Assembly: GCA_003164675.1 (NCBI GenBank)
Contig: PLTX01000092.1
Location: forward strand, 2,296-66,295
DNA length: 64,000 nucleotides
Source: Verrucomicrobiota bacterium
GTDB lineage: Bacteria; Verrucomicrobiota; Verrucomicrobiia; Palsa-1439
Reading direction: 5' to 3'
Below the pieces are notes generated by a model. The model saw only the letters and a program-made list of their open reading frames with translations, had not been told where the DNA came from and did not search any database. The position numbers and the translations under genes were made by a program. This document shows positions 27,042 through 36,286 of the stretch, piece by piece. Every line of letters starts with the position of its first letter. Positions within the stretch are counted from its first letter, which is position 1.

Positions 27042-29391
27042 ACAGCAGCTAATTGAGTTTCTCGGCAGCCAACCGCGCCGGGTCCATTTTGTGGGCATCG
27101 GAGGATGCGGGATGAGTGGACTGGCGCGCCTGTTGTTGCAACAAGGGCACCGCGTGACCGGGTCGGACATGGCGCCCAATGGCGGCATGAAGGAGTTGCA
27201 GAAATTGGGCGCTCGAATTTATAGCGGCCATACGGGCCAGAATATCAGCGAGGGGACGGAGTTGGTGGTCTACACGTCGGCCGTTGGTGGTGAGAACGTC
27301 GAACTTCAGGCGGCGGCGGAACTGAAGATTCCGCGGGTGCGGCGCGGGTTGTTGCTGAGCGCCTTGATGAATCACCCCAACAACATCGCGGTGGCTGGAA
27401 CTCACGGCAAGACGACGACGACCGCAATGATCGCATACGTTCTCACGCGAAGCGACAGCGCGCCCAGCTATTGCGTCGGAGCGCAGGTGCCCGTGCTCGG
27501 CGCCAATGCGCAGATCGGCGGGGGGAAATACTTTGTCGCCGAAACCGACGAGAGCGACGGCACGCTGGTCGGGTTCAGTCCGGAATACTCCGTGTGCCTG
27601 AACATCGAGCCGGAGCACCTCGACCACTACGGGTCGATGGACAAGCTTCGTGAAACCTTCGAATCATTTTTCGCCAGCACGCACAAGACCGTGTTTCTGT
27701 GCGCCGATTGCGCGAACTGCCTGGCGCTCGCGCCAAAGTGTCGCGCGGCGATCACCTTTGGACTTTCCCCGAAGGCGGATTACCGCGCGCTGAACGTCGA
27801 GCAAACAAAGTGCGGTTCACGGTTTACGGTCTCCTGCCGGGACCAGCAGATCGGGGTGGTTGAATTGACCATTCCCGGAATGCAAAACGTCACCAATGCG
27901 CTGGCAGCGGTCGCGGTGGCCGACGAACTGGGCGTGCCGTTCGAGAAGATCGCCGATGCGCTCAAGCGCTTCACAGGGGCGACGCGACGGTTTGATCGGA
28001 AGTACGATGAGGATGGAATTCTGGTCGTGGATGATTACGCGCATCATCCCACGGAAATCCGCGCGACGATTGCGGCAGCCCGCACGATGCTGGCGAGGGA
28101 AAACGGGGCAGGGTATCGGCGGTTGATCGTGGCGTTCCAACCGCATCGGTACACGCGTACGCAGGCGCTGCTCGAGGAATTTGGCTCGGCGTTTGTCGGC
28201 GCCGACAAATTATTTCTCACGGACATCTACGCGGCGAGCGAAAGGCCCATTGAAGGAGTCAATGGACGGATGCTCCACCAGACCGTGGTCGCATCCGGGC
28301 AGTCGGAGGCCGTGTTTGAAGCGGACCCGGAGATGCTGGTGGTGCGGCTATTTGCGGAAACGCGGCCCGGCGACCTGGTCCTGACCATGGGCGCGGGAGA
28401 CGTGTACAAGGTGGCCGAATCGCTGGTGCACAAGCTTCGCAGCCGTGGACCGAACGTTCTCAATCCGGAAAAACAGCCCATGAAGATGCAGGCGGATTGG
28501 AAGGTATTGCTCTCGGAGAAGTCCAAGATTCGCCGTGATGAACCGATGGCTCGGCACACCTCGATGCGCGTGGGCGGCCCGGCCGAGTTTTGGGTTGAGC
28601 CCGCGGATGAGCGCGACCTTGCGCGTCTCTTGCATTACTGCCACGTCCGCGAGGTTCCGGTGACGGTGATTGGCCGCGGGACGAACCTGCTCGTGCTCGA
28701 CGGGGGCATCCCGGGCGTGGTCATCAGCCTGGCCAACGATGAATTTACGAAGGTCGAGGTGGACGGGGAACGGCTCGTGGCGCGAGCCGGAGCGAAGCTG
28801 AAGACGATTGTGGCGGTGGCGGCGCGGAACCAACTCAGCGGGCTGGAATTCATGGAAGGGATCCCCGGATCGCTGGGGGGCGCCCTGCGCATGAACGCGG
28901 GCGCGATGGGCAAGCAGATGTTCGACGTGGTCGAGTGGGTCCGCTACATCAGTTACGCGGGTGACACGTACGATGCGGAGGCAAGAAGTCTTCCCGTGAC
29001 GTATCGGAGTTGCCCGGTATTTCACAACCACATCGCCCTATCGGCGATCCTTCGCGGCATCAAGGCGGAGCGCAAAGCAATCGAGGGCCGGCTGAAGGCG
29101 TTTGCGCGGCGGCGATGGTCGTCGCAACCGGTCAAGCCAAGCGCCGGCTGTATTTTCAAGAATCCCGAGGCGATCCCGGCCGGCAAATTGATTGAGGAAT
29201 TGGGGTTGAAGGGTATGTCGATTGGCGGAGCGCGCGTTTCCGAAATGCACGGGAACTTTATTGTGAACGAGGGACGGGCGACAGCCAGTGACGTGATGCA
29301 GTTGATTGCGGCGATACGCCAGCGGGCGCGTCAGGAGCGCGGCATCGATCTCGAACCCGAGGTGATGATTCTCGGAACGGAAGGACGCTAG
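27031..29391 (+). CDS. murC-murB: Fused MurC (L-alanine ligase) and MurB (enolpyruvylglucosamine reductase)
   Basis: MurC motifs HFVGIGGCGMSG, GTHGKTTT, ETDESD, DDYAHHP, FQPHRY are in frame with MurB motifs GGPA, GRGTNLL, GIPGSLGGALRMNAGA, SAGCIFKNP, HGNFIVN. Confidence 0.95.
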   Translation: MGNKQQLIEFLGSQPRRVHFVGIGGCGMSGLARLLLQQGHRVTGSDMAPNGGMKELQKLGARIYSGHTGQNISEGTELVVYTSAVGGENVELQAAAELKIPRVRRGLLLSALMNHPNNIAVAGTHGKTTTTAMIAYVLTRSDSAPSYCVGAQVPVLGANAQIGGGKYFVAETDESDGTLVGFSPEYSVCLNIEPEHLDHYGSMDKLRETFESFFASTHKTVFLCADCANCLALAPKCRAAITFGLSPKADYRALNVEQTKCGSRFTVSCRDQQIGVVELTIPGMQNVTNALAAVAVADELGVPFEKIADALKRFTGATRRFDRKYDEDGILVVDDYAHHPTEIRATIAAARTMLARENGAGYRRLIVAFQPHRYTRTQALLEEFGSAFVGADKLFLTDIYAASERPIEGVNGRMLHQTVVASGQSEAVFEADPEMLVVRLFAETRPGDLVLTMGAGDVYKVAESLVHKLRSRGPNVLNPEKQPMKMQADWKVLLSEKSKIRRDEPMARHTSMRVGGPAEFWVEPADERDLARLLHYCHVREVPVTVIGRGTNLLVLDGGIPGVVISLANDEFTKVEVDGERLVARAGAKLKTIVAVAARNQLSGLEFMEGIPGSLGGALRMNAGAMGKQMFDVVEWVRYISYAGDTYDAEARSLPVTYRSCPVFHNHIALSAILRGIKAERKAIEGRLKAFARRRWSSQPVKPSAGCIFKNPEAIPAGKLIEELGLKGMSIGGARVSEMHGNFIVNEGRATASDVMQLIAAIRQRARQERGIDLEPEVMILGTEGR

Positions 29392-29403
29392 AAAGCTGCG
29401 AAG

Positions 29404-30363
29404 ATGAGGAAACTGAAGATCGCTGTATTAATGGGAGGGCCGTCGGCGGAGCGGGAGGTGTCGTTGCGGTCCGGCACGGCCGTGGCGAATGCGTTGACGG
29501 CGACCGGTGCCAAGGTCGTGCCCATGGACATTCAGGATGCGACATTTACGATTCCGGCGGACGTAGACGTGACGTTCCTTGTGCTTCACGGTACCTTTGG
29601 GGAAGACGGTGCTCTCCAACGTATCCTCGAGGAGAGGGGGATTGCGTACACGGGATCCGGTCCCGCGGCGAGCGCTCTGGCGTTCGACAAGGTCGCGGCC
29701 AAACAATCCTTCCTGGGCGCGGGAGTCCCGACGCCGGCGTACGAAGCATTCGAGAACGCCCAACCGATCGGGCCGCGACTGGCGCGACTCGGTTTCCCGG
29801 TGGTGGTGAAACCCTCGCGGCAAGGTTCGAGCGTGGGCATCAGCATTGTGCAACAAGCGGCCGAGTTGGCCGCAGCCTGTGAGTTTGCCGGCCAATACGA
29901 CAATCGGTTGCTGGCAGAGCAATTCATCCCGGGCCGCGAGTTGACAGTTGGAATCCTGGACGGCCGGGCATTGCCGGTGGTGGAGATTCGCCCGAAGCAC
30001 GGCTTCTTTACCTACGAAGCAAAATACACGAAAGGCGAAACCGACTATCTCGTGCCGGCGTCGCTCGACAAGAACATCGAATTTCGGGCGAAGACGCTGG
30101 CGCTGCGCGCGCATGATTGCCTGGGCTGCCGGGACTACTCCCGCGTGGACTTGATGCTGTCGCGGAACGGCCAACTGTTCGTGTTGGAGGTGAACACCAT
30201 ACCCGGATTCACCGAGACGAGCCTCCTGCCCAAGGCGGCCCGGGCGGCGGGGATCGAATTTCCGGATCTATGCGCGCGATTGGTGCAACTCGCCCTGGCG
30301 CGGAACGGTCGTAACGGCACACGTGTCCCCGGCGAGAAAGAGACGGTTGCCATTTCCCGATGA
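29404..30363 (+). CDS. ddl: D-alanine--D-alanine ligase
   Basis: GGPSAEREVSL.SG, HGTFGEDG, GSSVG, YEAKY, LEVNTIPG. Confidence 0.96.
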   Translation: MRKLKIAVLMGGPSAEREVSLRSGTAVANALTATGAKVVPMDIQDATFTIPADVDVTFLVLHGTFGEDGALQRILEERGIAYTGSGPAASALAFDKVAAKQSFLGAGVPTPAYEAFENAQPIGPRLARLGFPVVVKPSRQGSSVGISIVQQAAELAAACEFAGQYDNRLLAEQFIPGRELTVGILDGRALPVVEIRPKHGFFTYEAKYTKGETDYLVPASLDKNIEFRAKTLALRAHDCLGCRDYSRVDLMLSRNGQLFVLEVNTIPGFTETSLLPKAARAAGIEFPDLCARLVQLALARNGRNGTRVPGEKETVAISR

Positions 30364-31232
30364 AACTCGGAAACCGAAGAAAGATGCGCCCCGAGTACCT
30401 GCTGGACGTGAAAGTCCAGACGCGGGGACGCTCGTTGCGGCGGCTGCGGGTGGGAACGGCCCTGTTGGTGGGGCTCGGCATGATCGTGCTTACGGGCTAC
30501 GGGATCTGCTGGCTGGTGAAGGCGACGATTCACCGGTTGGTGTACGACAACCCGCGCTTTGCGATTCGCCAGATCGTGGTGGACGACGACGGCGTGCTGA
30601 CTCCGGCGCGGGTGGTCCAATTTGCAGGCGTGCGGGTCGGGGAGAACCTGCTGTCCATCAACCTGGACCGGGTGCGCAGCAATTTGGAAATGCTGCCCCT
30701 GGTGCGGGCGGTGGAAGTGCGGCGGATGCAGCCGGATCGATTGTTTATTCGTGTGGCGGAACGCACCGCGGTGGCCCGACTGCGCGTGGCGACCCGCGAG
30801 ATGGGAGATGAGACATTTTATATCGACCGCGCGGGCTTTGTGATGAAGGCCATCAGGCTGCCCGACGGGACGGTGCTGCAGCCGCAGACGCCGCGGCCGG
30901 TGCCGGTGTTGGCCGGTGTGACACTGGCCGACGCGCGGGTGGGCCGGCAGGTGGAATCGGAACAGATTTATCGGGCGTTGGAGTTGTTGGACAAACTTGA
31001 CCAGGCCGTGGCGGGCTCACTCCTGGAGGTCGAACAAATCGATTTGTCGAAGCCGCGGCAATTGGTGTTGACCACGCGTCAGCGCACCACGGTGAAAGTG
31101 GACGTGGAAGATTTTCCCCAGCAATTGCGACGGCTGGGAGTGATTTTGCGATGGGCACAGCAGCGGCAGAAATCGGTGCAGGTGGTGGACCTGACCGTGA
31201 ACCGCGGCGTGCCCGTGACATTTGTTAATTAG
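30360..31232 (+). CDS. ftsQ: Cell division protein FtsQ/DivIB
   Basis: Single TM then POTRA domain (NLLSINL..VR..LE.LP.V..VEVRR..PD). Between ddl and ftsA. Confidence 0.88.
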   Translation: MKLGNRRKMRPEYLLDVKVQTRGRSLRRLRVGTALLVGLGMIVLTGYGICWLVKATIHRLVYDNPRFAIRQIVVDDDGVLTPARVVQFAGVRVGENLLSINLDRVRSNLEMLPLVRAVEVRRMQPDRLFIRVAERTAVARLRVATREMGDETFYIDRAGFVMKAIRLPDGTVLQPQTPRPVPVLAGVTLADARVGRQVESEQIYRALELLDKLDQAVAGSLLEVEQIDLSKPRQLVLTTRQRTTVKVDVEDFPQQLRRLGVILRWAQQRQKSVQVVDLTVNRGVPVTFVN

Positions 31233-31250
31233 AAAGGTTCGGTTGGAGAC

Positions 31251-32480
31251 ATGTTACCGAAGGAGAAGATCATCGTAGGGTTGGAAGTGGGCACATGCAA
31301 GGTGTGCGCCGTGGTCGGCGAGGTGCTGGACGACGGCAACATCATGGTCATCGGGGTGGGCCAGGCGAACTGCGAGGGCGTGCGCAAGGGGGAGATCATC
31401 AACATCGATGCCGCGGTGGAATGCATCCATGCGGCCGTGGCCGACGCCGAGGAGAGCGCCGGCGTGGAGATTCACAATGTGTACGCCAGCGTGAGCGGGG
31501 GCCACATTCGCAGCTTCAATAACCGGGGCACGGTGGCGGTGACCAACGACGAGCGCGAGATCTCGGAAGAGGACGTTCGCAACGTACTGCTCAACGCCAA
31601 GGCAGTGAATATTCCGATGGACCACGTGGTCATCCACGCCATTCGCCAGCACTTTTTCGTGGACGGTCACGATGGAATACAAAATCCCGCGGGGATGATC
31701 GGGGCGAAGCTCGAGGCCGACGTGCACGTGATTTACGGCGTGCGCACGCGGCTTCAAAACACGATCAAGTGCATCAAGCAGGTGCCGCTGGACGTGGCCA
31801 ACATCGCCGTCAGCAGTTTCGCTTCGGCGCTGGCCGTGCTCACGTCGGAACACCAGCAACTGGGCGCGGTGGTCATCGACATGGGCGGGGGCACGACGGA
31901 TTACATCGTGTACAGCGAAGGCACGATTCAACACAGCGGCGTGCTGGCGGTGGGCGGCGACCACATCACCAACGACGTGGCGATCGGGTTGCGCATTCCG
32001 ATGAACCGCGCCGAGACGCTGAAAATCGAGCACGGGTCAGTGGAAGTTCCGCCGCAGGAGGAAACGATCGCGCTGAAGCGCGAGGTCGGGCTTCCGGACC
32101 GCCAGGTTTCGAAACAGCAGCTGTGCCGCGCGATGAACCTGCGCGTCGAGGAGACGCTGACCCTGGTGAAAAAGGAGCTGGAAAAGCAAAAGCTGCTCGA
32201 TTACCTCGGGGCGGGGGTATTCATCACGGGTGGCTGCGCGCGATTGAGGGGCCTGGAGCCGCTGGCCGGTCAGATCTTCGGGTTGCCGGTTCACATCGGA
32301 CACAGTTTAACGGTCGGGGGGCCGACGTCGGCCATTGAGAGCCCCGAGTATTCGACCGCCATCGGTCTCGTGCGGTACGCGCTCGGCTCGCAACGCGACC
32401 AGCACCAGGCTCCGCCTCCTTGGGAACGGGTGGGCCAGAAATTTCAGCATCTCCTGCAAAAAGTGCGGGCGTTTATGTAA
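31251..32480 (+). CDS. ftsA: Cell division protein FtsA
   Basis: GLEVGTCKV, IDMGGGTTD, GGDHITND, AETLK, TGGCA, amphipathic C-terminus. Confidence 0.96.
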   Translation: MLPKEKIIVGLEVGTCKVCAVVGEVLDDGNIMVIGVGQANCEGVRKGEIINIDAAVECIHAAVADAEESAGVEIHNVYASVSGGHIRSFNNRGTVAVTNDEREISEEDVRNVLLNAKAVNIPMDHVVIHAIRQHFFVDGHDGIQNPAGMIGAKLEADVHVIYGVRTRLQNTIKCIKQVPLDVANIAVSSFASALAVLTSEHQQLGAVVIDMGGGTTDYIVYSEGTIQHSGVLAVGGDHITNDVAIGLRIPMNRAETLKIEHGSVEVPPQEETIALKREVGLPDRQVSKQQLCRAMNLRVEETLTLVKKELEKQKLLDYLGAGVFITGGCARLRGLEPLAGQIFGLPVHIGHSLTVGGPTSAIESPEYSTAIGLVRYALGSQRDQHQAPPPWERVGQKFQHLLQKVRAFM

Positions 32481-32494
32481 GACGGAGAGCCGTG

Positions 32495-33868
32495 ATGACA
32501 CCCCGACACAAGGCAGTTTCGAAATTGGCCACGGAGCCGGCAGCACAACAGGAAGCCAGCGAGAACATGGAAAAGAAATCAACGCCCGGGCAGAGGATTC
32601 GACTGAAGATTTTCGGAGTGGGAGGCGCTGGTTGTCACGTCATTAGCCAGATTGCCCAGTCCCGAGCCCAGGTGGACCACCCGTTGGAAGGGGTCGACCT
32701 GGTTGCGATCAACACCGACCTGCAAACGCTGAACGAAATGACCGGCGCGGAGACGTTGCAGATTGGCGGGGCGGTGACCCATGGATTGGGGACGGGCGGC
32801 GAGCCGGAGATCGGCGCGCGCGCGGCGCAGAACGATGCGGAAAGAATTGAGGCGCTGGCGCAGGGCGCGGACGTGGTGTTCATCACCACGGGATTGGGCG
32901 GAGGAACAGGCACGGGAGCCAGCCCGACGATTGCGCGCATCGCGAAAGAGCAGGGCGCGCTTGTGCTGGCGTTTGTCGCGTTGCCGTTTTCGTTTGAGGG
33001 GGACCGGCGCAAGCAGCAGGCGTTGTTGGGGCTGGAGCAGCTCAAGGCGCAGGCGGACGCGGTGATTTGCATCCCGAACGACAAGATTGTCCGCATCGCC
33101 GGCGCGGATTCGAGTGTCGTCGATGCGTTCAAACGCGCGGATGAAACGGTCATGGTGGGCGTGCAGGCGATCTGGCAGCTCTTGTCGCGCAAAGGACTGA
33201 TCAATTTGGATTTTGCCGATCTGCGCACGACGCTCGGGTCGAAGCATTGCGACGGGTTGTTCAGCTACGGGCAGGGGGAAGGAACCAACAAGGCATGGGA
33301 TGCCGTGAAGGCGCTTCTCGACAATCCGCTATTGGACAGCGGCGACGTATTGGCCAAGGCCGAGGGCGTATTGGTGAGCATCCTGGGCGGGCCGGATATG
33401 ACGCTGGCCGACGTGCAGAAGTCGGTCGAACCGATTTCGCGTCTGGCAAACCGGGCCCATGTGATCATGGGCGCAGCGATTGACGAGGTCTATCGCGGGA
33501 AGTTGTCGGTGACAGTGATCGCGGCGGCCAACATTTTGCCGAGACGGATTGTGCCCCAGTCCGCGACTGCAAAGCCATCGCTTCCGCATCGTGCTGTGGA
33601 GACCATGTCACCGCAGACCACTTCACGACCGGTCTCGATTCCTGCGCCGGCGGTTGCCGTGGCGTCGGCATCCAAACCGGCGGTGGAGGAAGCGCCGAAG
33701 GCCGAGCCCGTTGTCGCCCAGAAATCGCCGGCCAAGCCGAAGCAAGAGACGTTGCCGCTCGAAGGCGTGAGCCGTGGTCGGTTCGACAAGAGCGAGCCGA
33801 CGCTGTACAACGGCGAAGATTTGGATGTGCCGACGTTTATTCGCCGGGCAGTCAGTTTGAAGAGGTAA
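32495..33868 (+). CDS. ftsZ: Cell division protein FtsZ (start may be 32567)
   Basis: INTD, GLGGGTGTG tubulin signature, PFSFEG, INLDFAD, C-terminal DLDVPTFIRR. Confidence 0.96.
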   Translation: MTPRHKAVSKLATEPAAQQEASENMEKKSTPGQRIRLKIFGVGGAGCHVISQIAQSRAQVDHPLEGVDLVAINTDLQTLNEMTGAETLQIGGAVTHGLGTGGEPEIGARAAQNDAERIEALAQGADVVFITTGLGGGTGTGASPTIARIAKEQGALVLAFVALPFSFEGDRRKQQALLGLEQLKAQADAVICIPNDKIVRIAGADSSVVDAFKRADETVMVGVQAIWQLLSRKGLINLDFADLRTTLGSKHCDGLFSYGQGEGTNKAWDAVKALLDNPLLDSGDVLAKAEGVLVSILGGPDMTLADVQKSVEPISRLANRAHVIMGAAIDEVYRGKLSVTVIAAANILPRRIVPQSATAKPSLPHRAVETMSPQTTSRPVSIPAPAVAVASASKPAVEEAPKAEPVVAQKSPAKPKQETLPLEGVSRGRFDKSEPTLYNGEDLDVPTFIRRAVSLKR

Positions 33869-34187
33869 GCGAAGTGCTCGCCGATTGGCGCAATGGAACC
33901 GTTTGGGTCGGTGACGGATATGTAGATTGTAAGGCTCTGCCCCCTAAACCCAACTCGCGGCAGGTGCTGAATTTTTCAGCATACCACGGACAACGGGTCG
34001 AGGGAAAGCGTCGGAAGATTTATGGATAGCAACGATCCATAACGCAGCGAGGCGTTGGACAATGTATGGCAGTGACAACTACGTGGTCGAGGCAGATTAG
34101 GATGCGGCGAGACTGATACATTGGCAACTAATGTATCGTGGGATGACGACAGGAGTGAAAAGGCGGAAGGCAGGAAGGCGAGCCACA

Positions 34188-34680
34188 GATTGCCGCGGAT
34201 GGCACGGATTTGGCGACGAGGCGGATTGTGAACCACGGAGATTCACCCCGATATCCGCTGTCGGGGCAGGCAGAGGGCGCACCACGTGATGGCCGGAAGA
34301 GTTTGGCCAACCCACGCCTGCGGCGGGTAAACGTGGGCTTCGGGAGCGAGCGTGTTGAAGAATTCGTCAGGAGGCAGGTGGTCCGCCGACGCAAACCCGG
34401 AGCTTCGGCGCGACAAGCGGGAGCTGGTTGGCAAATGGCACAACGATGAGACCGGACCCGATTCCCCCTCGTCTTCGTTGGGTCCTCTAATCGCCGACAC
34501 CTAGTAGTACCAGGCAACAAGCCGTGCGCAATACATTGTAGTGCCATGGATCGTGAGGAGGCGGGCAAGGTGCGATGACGGAAAGATTGCGTCCAGAGTC
34601 AAGGTCTGTGGATGTGGTGCGAGGTCGGGAGACCTTCGCACAACGGCGAAAATTCGGCGCTTCGCAGAAGCGCCTCTACA
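34188..34680. repeat. Cluster of REP-like palindromic units in the ftsZ-amrS spacer
   Basis: GATTCACCCCGA..TCGGGGCAGG (34240-34270), a 32-bp hairpin at 34615-34646 repeated at 53271-53302, and CGGCGCTTCGCAGAAGCGCCTCTACA (34655-34680). Confidence 0.7.
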
Positions 34681-34741
34681 CCGAAATCTGGTAACAGCGG
34701 GCTGCGCGTGGTACACTGGGTAGCGGAGAGTAGATGTTGCC

Positions 34742-35920
34742 ATGCCGAAATCGGATCCAGTTTCAGGTGAGAGCCGTGGCGGGAAGGGGAGGAAGGCCGC
34801 AGGTTCGCTGGGCGAAACCCTGTCGCAGTTGACGAGGGAAGGCGAGTTGTACGAGAAACTTCCCGAGGGCAAGGTGCGGTGTTACGCGTGCGGTCATCGG
34901 TGCCTGATTCTGGACGGGCATGACGGGATCTGTCGGGTGCGGTTCAACCGTGGCGGGAAGCTATTCGTGCCGTGGAACTACTTCGGGGCGCTGCAATACG
35001 ATCCGATCGAGAAGAAGCCATTTTTTCACGCGCTGCCCGGGACGCTGGCGATGAGTTTCGGGATGCTCGGGTGCGATTTGCACTGCGGTTATTGCCAGAA
35101 CTGGTTTACGTCGCAGTCGTTGCGTGATCCGAGGAGCACGGCGCAGCCGATTCCGATGAGCGCGGAGGGATTTGTGAATCTGGCGATCAAGGGCGGCGCG
35201 GATACGGTGACGAGCACGTACAACGAGCCGCTGATCACGAGCGAGTGGGGTGTGGCGATTTTCAAGGAGGCGCGCAAGCGCGGGCTGCGCACGTCGTATG
35301 TTTCCAATGGCAACGGCACGAAAGAAGTGATCGATTACCTCAAGCCGTGGGTGGATTTCTACAAGGTCGATTTGAAAGGCTTCGACGACAAGAGCTATCG
35401 GCAACTGGGCGGCAAACTCGACAATGTGCTCAAGACCATCGAGCGGCTTCACGAGAAAGGGTTCTGGGTGGAGGTCGTCACGCTCTTCGTGCCCGGGTTC
35501 AACGACAGCGAGGACGAGATGCGGGGGATCGCGAAGTTTCTGGCGGGTGTGTCGCGGGATATACCGTGGCATTGCACGGCGTTTCATCCGGATTACAAGA
35601 TGGTCGACCGGGATTACACGACGCTGCGGACGATTATGCGCGCGTGCGAAATCGGGAAAGAGGAAGGGCTGAACTATTGTTATGGGGGCAATCTGCCGGG
35701 CCATGTCAGCGACTGGGAGAACACACGTTGCCCGAATTGTCATGAACTGCTGATTGAGCGTTGGGGTTTTGAGGTGCAGAACTATTATCTCACCGACGAC
35801 GGCAAATGTCCGAAGTGCGCGACGGCCATCGCCGGGCGCTGGGACGCGGGCAGGACGCGCGCAGCCTTGCGAGGTTTGAAGTTCACGGAGCGGATTCCTC
35901 GTGCGGTGAGGCCACGCTAA
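34742..35920 (+). CDS. amrS: AmmeMemoRadiSam system radical SAM enzyme
   Basis: CYACGHRC..GICRVR, DPIEKKPFFH, GCDLHCGYCQN, TYNEP, AFHPDYKM, TRCPNC..LIER..CPKC. Confidence 0.9.
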   Translation: MPKSDPVSGESRGGKGRKAAGSLGETLSQLTREGELYEKLPEGKVRCYACGHRCLILDGHDGICRVRFNRGGKLFVPWNYFGALQYDPIEKKPFFHALPGTLAMSFGMLGCDLHCGYCQNWFTSQSLRDPRSTAQPIPMSAEGFVNLAIKGGADTVTSTYNEPLITSEWGVAIFKEARKRGLRTSYVSNGNGTKEVIDYLKPWVDFYKVDLKGFDDKSYRQLGGKLDNVLKTIERLHEKGFWVEVVTLFVPGFNDSEDEMRGIAKFLAGVSRDIPWHCTAFHPDYKMVDRDYTTLRTIMRACEIGKEEGLNYCYGGNLPGHVSDWENTRCPNCHELLIERWGFEVQNYYLTDDGKCPKCATAIAGRWDAGRTRAALRGLKFTERIPRAVRPR

Positions 35921-36006
35921 CGTTCGGCACCGGGGGCAGGGTGGGCCGGTGAAGGGAAAAGCGGACGCGGTGGGGGGCGTCTTGATATTGGCACCATCGT
36001 TTGGCG

Positions 36007-36097
36007 TGTCACCCTGAGCGAAGCGAAGGGTCTCGGTCGTCTTAGCCCTGCAAACACAGGAGAAGGTCTGAGATTCTTCGCTACGCTCAGAATGACA
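36007..36097. repeat. Inverted REP-like doublet
   Basis: TGTCACCCTGAGCGAAGCGAAGGGTCTC (36007-36034) and GAGATTCTTCGCTACGCTCAGAATGACA (36070-36097), 23/28 identical in inverted orientation. Confidence 0.8.
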
Positions 36098-36286
36098 ACC
36101 TCTTGGGAGCCAGCGGTGGTGTCGAGATACACACGGTTGGCTGGCGTGCTGGGAGCGGAAAAGATTCGGGTTGCAAAGCGGGGGGGGATTCAGTAGAAGA
36201 GACGACGCTTTCGAGGCCACAGGTTGCGGGTTGTGGCCTTGATTTTTGGGCGAAAACAACAGCAGTCGAAACAACGGTTGTAAGAC

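Noticed and set aside
34512..34530. sigma54 site on the minus strand (GCGCACGGCTTGTTGC)
   Set aside because: It lacks the -24 GG and the spacing is off by one.
33869..34741. RNase P RNA, tmRNA, SRP RNA or a CRISPR array in the long spacer
   Set aside because: No signature motifs and no regular repeat-spacer period. The short ORFs here look like translated repeats.
36100..36286. tRNA-Gln often found upstream of prs
   Set aside because: No cloverleaf or T-loop GTTCRA motif found.
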